A program made the translations under genes and the position numbers. From Deinococcus radiodurans R1 = ATCC 13939 = DSM 20539 (lineage in GTDB: Bacteria > Deinococcota > Deinococci > Deinococcales > Deinococcaceae): 32,000 nt of DNA. The notes under the pieces were generated by a model, which saw only the letters and a program-made list of their open reading frames with translations, was not told where the DNA came from and did no database searches. Positions 16,842-22,890 of the stretch are shown one piece after another. Position 1 is the first letter of the stretch. Each line of letters opens with the position of its first letter. The stretch spans positions 90,533-122,532 of the forward strand of contig NC_001264.1 of assembly GCF_000008565.1 (NCBI RefSeq). The letters run 5' to 3'.

Positions 16842-19292
16842 ATGACCGTACTTACCATCAGCCAGGACACGCTCGTCATGTTGCCGGACGGGGCGACGGG
16901 CGGAACTGTGCAGATCAGCTACAACGGCACCACCGTGGGGCCGGTAGTCGCTTCCGGGGATGACCAGGGCCGCGCCGTGATCGTGCAAGGGCGTCTTGCC
17001 AAGCTCACTGCGCTGGACGGCAAGAGCCCCCTGCAAATTGCAGGTCGGGAGGCCGGGGGCCGGCTGCCTGCCCGCGTGACCCTGCGCATCTACCCGGCAG
17101 GTTCCGCGACTGTGGCGCCGATCATCCTGTCCGGCCTGCCCGTGGGCTCGCCCGATGCGCCGGGCATCTGGGACCTGAGCAACATCGATGACGCCAGTGG
17201 TGGGATGGACGTGATCACGCCAGCAGAGCGGACCAGCCTGGCGCTGCTCAAAGAGCGGGGGCTGTTGGCTGCTGAGCGGGCTGAAGGTGCCTCTGCTGTG
17301 GCTGTAGCTGCTGAGGGTAAGGCCAGCGCGGCCATCAGCAACCTGAACTCCAGTGTCAGCTCGGCGGCCACCCAGGCGGCGCAGCAGGCGATGCAGGGAA
17401 CGCAACGGGAATGGGCCGATATCAAGCGCGATACCGCGCAGACCGCGTCTCAGCTCTCTCAGCAGCAGGAAGGCAACAATGCCCAGACTGCTATGAACAT
17501 CGGACGCCGCACCGCTCTCAAAGTCGCCCTCATTGGTGCGGCGGCGGGCCTCTATAACGTCGTCAGCGGCCAGGAGGCCGGGCAAGTCTGGGAAGTCAAG
17601 GAAGAGGGCGGCGCCCCTGTGCGCCGCCCAGAGCTTGAGGCCGCCACCCAGCAGCAGCTCGGCGCGCTGAACTCTCCCGATCTTGACGCGGCCCTTGCCA
17701 GCACCAGTCTGGCCCCCCGGCACATTATTGGGGGCCTGCGCGGTGGCACGTTCGATCTGGTCGCAGACGACACGCCCGCAGACGGCGGTATCGTTGTGCT
17801 CCGTCAGGATGGCCGCAAGCTCCGTCGCCAGGTGTCACCTGACGGCGTCATGGCCCTGGAATGGTGGGGTGTTACTCCTGACGCGGGCGACAATGACCAG
17901 GCTGCCCTGGATGCCTGGAGCAGTTACGCAAACGCCCATGGCGGCAAGTTTGCCCTGCTGCCTGGGACAGAGGCGGTGGGCCACGTCAAACTCCAGCGCC
18001 CTCAGCGCCCGGTCCACATCGTGGGTTACGGTGCCAAGCTGATTGGCACCGACACGAAGCGGCCTGTGTTCGAAGCGTACCTGGCTTTCCAGGGGGGGTC
18101 TATTGCCGGACTGATGGTGCGTCACCAGGGCATTGGCACGGCGCCTCCGGCCAATCATTCCGACTCCCGCCGCACCCCTGGGGGCCACGGGATTCTCATT
18201 ACACACGGCGCGGATTGGGCGGTGAACAGCTGCATGGTCAGCCAGGTTGCCAGCATGGGAATCCTGCTCATCGGCGTGAACGGCTATACCATTTCCAACT
18301 GCAACGTCGACGTGTGCATGGGGGACGGCATCCACTCCTGTTACGGTGCCGCTCGCGGCACCATCACGGGCAACAACGTCCGCTTCACTGGAGATGACGG
18401 AATTCCGGTCGTCAGCTACCTGACCTGGCCCGAGAACGACTGGAACCTGGACTATGCCCAGGGGGGCAGCGCTGCCCCCCTCTGCCACGACATCACAATT
18501 GTTGGGAATACCGTTCAGCACGCGGGTTCACGCGGCATGATCGTGGCCGGGGGAGCACGCATCAACCTGACCGGCAACATCGTCGACACGACCTATGCCG
18601 CAGGCATCTTCATCCTGAAGGACGACGTTTACAAGACGCATGGGGTCACGCAAGTGACGCTCAGCGGTGGGCAGGTGTACGGTGCAGGACGACATGCCGA
18701 TGGCGAGGCATCTGGTACACACGGCATCTCTCTAATTGGCGACGTGGCCGATGTCACGGTAGACGGGGTGATGGTCAGCAACGCCAAAGGCCACGGCGTC
18801 TATGTCGAGGTTCCAGGGAGCATCGATGTTCGCGGCGTCACGGTCTTCGGGAATGCGGGAGACGGCCTGCTCGCCGCTCAGGGCCAGGTTCAGGTGTCGG
18901 GCACCTTCCGGGGGAATGGTGGCCGGGGCGTCTCTGCTCTGGGTGCAGCGCTCCTGAAACTCAACGGTGCCCTGGTGCAGGAAAATCAACAGGTAGGCGT
19001 TGGGGCCGGTGGGGCGTCGCGGGTGAGCCTACTCAACTGCGACATTGAAAACAACGGTGTAGAAGCGGGGGACACCCAAATCGAAGCAGGGGACACGGCT
19101 GCCGTGTCCCTGGTGGGTGGTCGTGTCCGCGGCAAAAAGATTTACGGCGTGGTTGCCAACACGGGGACCAGTGTGCGCTGCCTGGGCGTAGACCTTGAGG
19201 GGGCCGGTACGGAACTCAATGCCGTGGCGGCGCCCAACGCGACACTGGTGACGCGGAACTGCTTTGGGATTGCAGATACGCCTGCGGCTTAG
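16842..19292 (+). CDS. tailspike / tail fibre with a right-handed parallel beta-helix (pectate-lyase-superfamily) domain
   Basis: ATG 16842. The segment LEWWGVTPDAGDNDQAALDAWSSYANAHGGKFALLPG resembles the N-terminus of pectate_lyase_3 / glycoside-hydrolase-like tailspikes. It is followed by repeated beta-helix rungs (NCxV..GDGIHS, GNNVRFTGDDGI, GNTVQHAGSRGM, GNIVDTTYAAGI, NAKGHGVYV, GNAGDGL, GNGGRGV, NNGVEAGD). Confidence 0.8.
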   Translation: MTVLTISQDTLVMLPDGATGGTVQISYNGTTVGPVVASGDDQGRAVIVQGRLAKLTALDGKSPLQIAGREAGGRLPARVTLRIYPAGSATVAPIILSGLPVGSPDAPGIWDLSNIDDASGGMDVITPAERTSLALLKERGLLAAERAEGASAVAVAAEGKASAAISNLNSSVSSAATQAAQQAMQGTQREWADIKRDTAQTASQLSQQQEGNNAQTAMNIGRRTALKVALIGAAAGLYNVVSGQEAGQVWEVKEEGGAPVRRPELEAATQQQLGALNSPDLDAALASTSLAPRHIIGGLRGGTFDLVADDTPADGGIVVLRQDGRKLRRQVSPDGVMALEWWGVTPDAGDNDQAALDAWSSYANAHGGKFALLPGTEAVGHVKLQRPQRPVHIVGYGAKLIGTDTKRPVFEAYLAFQGGSIAGLMVRHQGIGTAPPANHSDSRRTPGGHGILITHGADWAVNSCMVSQVASMGILLIGVNGYTISNCNVDVCMGDGIHSCYGAARGTITGNNVRFTGDDGIPVVSYLTWPENDWNLDYAQGGSAAPLCHDITIVGNTVQHAGSRGMIVAGGARINLTGNIVDTTYAAGIFILKDDVYKTHGVTQVTLSGGQVYGAGRHADGEASGTHGISLIGDVADVTVDGVMVSNAKGHGVYVEVPGSIDVRGVTVFGNAGDGLLAAQGQVQVSGTFRGNGGRGVSALGAALLKLNGALVQENQQVGVGAGGASRVSLLNCDIENNGVEAGDTQIEAGDTAAVSLVGGRVRGKKIYGVVANTGTSVRCLGVDLEGAGTELNAVAAPNATLVTRNCFGIADTPAA

Positions 19293-19344
19293 TCCGCGCA
19301 AAACTGGATGATGCAGACGTAGATGTTACCCTCTGAGGAGAGAC

Positions 19345-19548
19345 ATGAAAACGGTCCAGGAACTTATCGCTGAGCTATCAAATTGGCCGTCAGATATGCT
19401 CGTTATCGTTCCAGCAGATGACGGGCGCGCCCTGGGCTTCGCACCCTGTTTGCAGGTCGTCTATCAGACCAGTGAACTGGGTGGCCACCCTCTGTTTTCA
19501 GCAAAAAAAGGAGAACGACCGTTGTTGCTGCTCGAAGCTAGAGAGTAA
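19345..19548 (+). CDS. hypothetical small protein (moron-like, lower GC)
   Basis: Strong RBS GAGGAGAG precedes ATG 19345. The 67-aa ORF has lower GC than its neighbours and is followed by a ~185-nt non-coding spacer with a hairpin. Confidence 0.55.
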   Translation: MKTVQELIAELSNWPSDMLVIVPADDGRALGFAPCLQVVYQTSELGGHPLFSAKKGERPLLLLEARE

Positions 19549-19668
19549 AACCTTGAGAGGCATCGAGCACTTGAACAGTGAGCAAGTCGGCAAAGGGAAT
19601 CGTGGGGTTTGTTGCTAACCACACAGTACCGGGCACAGTATCGGCCCCCACCTACAGCAAAAACATCA

Positions 19669-19692
19669 GCCCTCGCCACGGCGAGGGCCTTT
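19669..19692 (+). terminator. stem-loop with weak T-tract (possible terminator before the lysis cassette)
   Basis: GCCCTCGC 19669-19676 pairs with GCGAGGGC 19681-19688, loop CACG, followed by CTTTCC. Confidence 0.35.
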
Positions 19693-19733
19693 CCATGCTC
19701 GCCGGGTGTCATCCCCCCTGAAACCCTGAAGGC

Positions 19734-20078
19734 ATGAAGCGCCCTCTTCTGACCCTGCCGCTTCTGCTGCTGGCTTCCTGCGGAATCGTCGCCCCCGCCC
19801 GCGACAACGCCCAGTGGCAGACCTCCCCCCACAACGTCCCGGTGACCTGGCGGGCCACCAGCCCTGGCGGCCTCGGGCGCATCAAGGTCGGCAACGTCCT
19901 CGGCTATGCCAGTTGGTTCCGGATGGGCACCAACTGCGTGGTCGACGTGGACCTCGCGCAGAGCCGGGCGCAGCTCGCCCGCGTCGCGGCGCACGAGTAC
20001 GCCCATTGCGCTCAGGCTCCGGACCCACGTGCTGTGGCCGCTTCGGTGGTCACGCCACCTGAACGCCTTACGAGGTGA
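19734..20078 (+). CDS. small lipoprotein with an HExxH zinc-metallopeptidase motif
   Basis: Lipobox in MKRPLLTLPLLLLAS-C. The motif is HEYAHCAQAPD (HExxH with Asp six residues after the second His). The 114-aa ORF is the first gene after the spacer. Confidence 0.6.
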   Translation: MKRPLLTLPLLLLASCGIVAPARDNAQWQTSPHNVPVTWRATSPGGLGRIKVGNVLGYASWFRMGTNCVVDVDLAQSRAQLARVAAHEYAHCAQAPDPRAVAASVVTPPERLTR

Positions 20079-20080
20079 CC

Positions 20081-20449
20081 ATGCACAAACTCCGGCTCTT
20101 CCTGTGGAGCGCGGCCTGCCTGTTTCCGGTGGCCGCGCTCGCTCAATTCGCCCAGGCACCAGCCGCTCCGGCCGCACCTGTGCTCCTGTGCCGGGTGCTG
20201 GTGACCAGCACCCCGAGAGGCAACATGCAGCGCACCCTCACCATCGAGCTGCGCCCCGACTGCCCGCCCCACGGTGTGGCCTACGTCCGGCTCGCCTCCG
20301 CTCTGGGCGGCCACCTGCCTGACGACCCGCCCGGCGCTTACTCCTTGCGCCCCGGTCAGACGCTGCGCCGCGTGGCGCTGCCCTGGTGGCACGTGGAGTG
20401 GCTCAGCGCGTCGAACAAACCCTACCGCGTGCGCGAGGAGGCGCCATGA
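20081..20449 (+). CDS. secreted hypothetical protein
   Basis: RBS GAGGTGA precedes ATG 20081. The signal peptide is MHKLRLFLWSAACLFPVAALA|QF. The ORF is tightly coupled to the genes on both sides. Confidence 0.55.
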   Translation: MHKLRLFLWSAACLFPVAALAQFAQAPAAPAAPVLLCRVLVTSTPRGNMQRTLTIELRPDCPPHGVAYVRLASALGGHLPDDPPGAYSLRPGQTLRRVALPWWHVEWLSASNKPYRVREEAP

Positions 20450-20452
20450 CCC

Positions 20453-20824
20453 ATGACACCCGAACTCACCGAGCTGCTCAGCCTGCGCAACCTCATCCTC
20501 TACGGCGCGGCAGTGCTGATGGCCTTCCTCGTCTCCGTCGCCCGCGTCGGCAGGGAACGCAGCGTCCAGCGCGTGGCCGGCAAACCGCTGACCACCACCG
20601 GCGAAATGCTGTGGGACGCGCTCTACGGGTCGCTTGCGGCCCTCGCGCTGCTCTTGATGCAAGACAGCGTCAAGGCCTTGCCGATCAAGGCCGCCATTGC
20701 CCTCGCCATGTTTTACGGCTCGGTCGGTCCCTCGGCCTGGGATTTCCTGGCGGGGCTGGCCCAGGGCCGCTACGCCGTGACCAAAAAGGAGGCGAGTGAT
20801 GGTGTCGAAGCCGACAAGTCTTAA
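20453..20824 (+). CDS. three-TM membrane protein, holin candidate
   Basis: 123 aa with three hydrophobic helices (LILYGAAVLMAFLVSV, LYGSLAALALLLM, IKAAIALAMFYGSVG) and a charged C-terminus. It lies upstream of the endolysin. Confidence 0.5.
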   Translation: MTPELTELLSLRNLILYGAAVLMAFLVSVARVGRERSVQRVAGKPLTTTGEMLWDALYGSLAALALLLMQDSVKALPIKAAIALAMFYGSVGPSAWDFLAGLAQGRYAVTKKEASDGVEADKS

Positions 20825-21320
20825 GCGGCAAGCCGAGCGCGCCGAGCTGCGGCGCGGCCCCGCCTGGCGCTGGGCCGACGTGCTGCCCATCCTGCTGGTG
20901 ATCGTGGCCGGGCTGCTCACGGTCTTCGTGCCGAGCCTGATGGCCGACATCGGCAGCACGACCATCGGCCAGGACCGCTGGGTCCCGGCCCTGGACATCA
21001 GTGAGAGCGGGCTGCTGCTCGCCTTGATGCGGATGCTGCTGGTGACGCTGATCGGCTGGATGCTCTGGCACGTCCGGCAGGCCCCACTCGCCCAGCGCTG
21101 GGCCTGGGCTGGGGTTGCCGTGGGCGTGATGATGAACTACGCCCGCAACGTCTATTCCGGCAACCCGGCCACCGTGTCGTTCCTGCTGCTCCAGATCAGC
21201 CTCAGTTGGCTGGCGTGGCGCCTGACCACGCGCCCGACGATCCACCAGCAGCTTGAAGATGCCATCGCGCGGGCCGACGCCGCAGAGAACGAAGTGAAGC
21301 GGTTGAGGGAGGACAAGTGA
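20799..21320 (+). CDS. four-TM membrane protein with a short C-terminal coiled coil (holin/antiholin or spanin-like candidate)
   Basis: RBS AAGGAGG 20786-20792 precedes ATG 20799. There are four hydrophobic segments, and the C-terminus reads QQLEDAIARADAAENEVKRLREDK. The stop overlaps the endolysin start (GTGA). Confidence 0.5.
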   Translation: MVSKPTSLKRQAERAELRRGPAWRWADVLPILLVIVAGLLTVFVPSLMADIGSTTIGQDRWVPALDISESGLLLALMRMLLVTLIGWMLWHVRQAPLAQRWAWAGVAVGVMMNYARNVYSGNPATVSFLLLQISLSWLAWRLTTRPTIHQQLEDAIARADAAENEVKRLREDK

Positions 21321-22144
21321 AGACAATTCTCGCTCCAGACCACGTCCGCATGGTGGCCCCGGCCTGCAAAGACCCGGTGTTGGTCGCCGCCCTTCTCCAG
21401 CCGGTGCTCGATACCTACGCCATCAGCGCCACCCCCGAGCGCGTGGGCATGTTTTTGGCTCAATGGGCTCATGAATCGAACTTCAACTGCCTTGCCGAGA
21501 ACCTCAGCTACAGCGCCCAGCGGCTGACCCAGGTGTGGCCGAACCGCTTTCCCACTCTGGCGGCAGCCAAGCCTTTTGCGAGCAACCCGCGCGCCCTGGC
21601 CAACCGGGTCTACAACGGGCGCATGGGCAACCGGCCCGGCAGCGACGACGGCTGGCTCTACCGGGGTCAGGGCTGGCCGCAGCTCACCGGACGCGACAAC
21701 TACGCCTACTACACCCGGCTGACCGGCGTGGATCTGGTGGGCAATCCGGGGCAGATGATGACGCCCGAGATCTCGGCGCTTGTCTGCGGGGCCTTCTGGC
21801 AGCAGGCGGGGTGTAACGCCCTGGCCGACCAGGGTGACATGGTCAGCATCACTCGCAAGATCAACGGCGGACAAAACGGCCTGGATGACCGCCTCGCCCG
21901 GTACCGCAAGGTGATCGGGGCATTGCGCTCGGCGCCGAAGGTAGACAGCGCGCCGCCGATTCCCGCCCTGCCGCCCAAAGTGCCGCCGCCCGCCCCTGCG
22001 CCGGCAGTCACCCGCCGGGTGGTGCTGAGCCGCTTTGGGGGCGACTTCGAAGACATCTCTGACGCCCGGGTGCAGATCACGGGCGCACAGTCTGTGGTGA
22101 TCAACGCCACGGACCCCGAAAAGGTACAGGTGAGGGTGGAATGA
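21317..22144 (+). CDS. endolysin, glycoside hydrolase family 19 (chitinase-like) with a Pro-rich linker and a C-terminal ~55-aa domain
   Basis: GH19 signature FLAQWAHESNFNCLAENLSYS...YRGQGWPQLTGRDNYAYY...ITRKINGGQNGLDDR. The C-terminus is a PPIPALPPKVPPPAPAP linker plus an extra domain. Confidence 0.85.
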   Translation: MKTILAPDHVRMVAPACKDPVLVAALLQPVLDTYAISATPERVGMFLAQWAHESNFNCLAENLSYSAQRLTQVWPNRFPTLAAAKPFASNPRALANRVYNGRMGNRPGSDDGWLYRGQGWPQLTGRDNYAYYTRLTGVDLVGNPGQMMTPEISALVCGAFWQQAGCNALADQGDMVSITRKINGGQNGLDDRLARYRKVIGALRSAPKVDSAPPIPALPPKVPPPAPAPAVTRRVVLSRFGGDFEDISDARVQITGAQSVVINATDPEKVQVRVE

Positions 22145-22704
22145 TCAGATTGCTGATGATGCTGGTGGTGTTGAGCGGGGTAGCCCAGGCGCAGGACCTG
22201 GACCTGAGTGGCGTGAACGTGCAGTGGCTGCTGTCGCTGGCGAATGACCCGGTGACGCTGGGGGTGCTGATCTTCGGGCTGGTCTCAACGGTCAAGCGCG
22301 ACTTCGAACGCCGCGTGCCCCCAGTGGTCTGGAATCCGTGGCTCTGGCGGGGGCTGGCATTGGGAGCCGGGCTGGTGGTCAGTGTGCTGCTGCACCTCGT
22401 GACAGGGCAGGCAGCGCTGGCGCTGGCAGGCTGGCCGGGCGTGCTGGTGTTCGGGCTGGTGGCGGGAATGGCAGCCATCTTCGGGCGCGACGGCTTGAAG
22501 ACCGTGTTGAGCTGGATGGCGGGGGTACGCTCGCCGACGACCGTGGTGACTGCACCGGCAGTGGTGCTGCCGACCCCAGCCAGCCCGGACGCGCCCCTGC
22601 CTGCACCGCCGCCTCTGCGTCCGGCACCCGAGCCGATCAACCCCAGGGCGACGGTGATCGTCGAGCGTGGCGACGACCAGGTCGTGCTCGACACCGGACA
22701 TTGA
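22141..22704 (+). CDS. membrane protein with a signal peptide and a Pro-rich tail (lysis accessory candidate)
   Basis: ATGA overlap with the endolysin stop. The signal peptide is MIRLLMMLVVLSGVAQA|QD. Three further TM segments are followed by a Pro-rich C-terminus. It is the last gene before a strong terminator. Confidence 0.5.
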   Translation: MIRLLMMLVVLSGVAQAQDLDLSGVNVQWLLSLANDPVTLGVLIFGLVSTVKRDFERRVPPVVWNPWLWRGLALGAGLVVSVLLHLVTGQAALALAGWPGVLVFGLVAGMAAIFGRDGLKTVLSWMAGVRSPTTVVTAPAVVLPTPASPDAPLPAPPPLRPAPEPINPRATVIVERGDDQVVLDTGH

Positions 22705-22727
22705 CCATTTCGGCCTTGCCGACGAAA

Positions 22728-22768
22728 AGCCCCCACCCCAGCTACGGCTGATGGGCGGGGGCTTTTTT
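22728..22768 (+). terminator. rho-independent terminator ending the late operon
   Basis: AGCCCCCACCC 22728-22738 pairs with GGGCGGGGGCT 22753-22763 (one mismatch), with an inner CAGC/GCTG helix. A run of six T (22763-22768, starting at the last stem base) and GTTG follow. Confidence 0.75.
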
Positions 22769-22890
22769 GTTGTGGCCCACTCCTGCGCACACGCAACGTC
22801 GCGGGGCACCTGGTACACACGCCTGCTTTCCTCAACTTTCCAACTGCCCTCTCCGACTGACTTTGCTGCTGCGCTAGCCTGCGAGCTGAT

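Larger units (their letters stand above)
1..22768 (+). mobile_element. Siphovirus-type prophage, late region (packaging, head, head-tail joining, tail, lysis). The left end is outside the window. The right end is at or after the terminator at 22728-22768, possibly including the RM gene to 25619.
   Basis: Unidirectional, tightly packed genes with 1-8 nt stop/start overlaps in canonical order: terminase, portal, MuF, scaffold, capsid, connectors, major tail, G/G-T, tape measure, tail tip, tailspike, lysis. There is no sheath gene, and the long tape measure implies a non-contractile tail. No integrase or att site is visible in this window. Confidence 0.85.
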
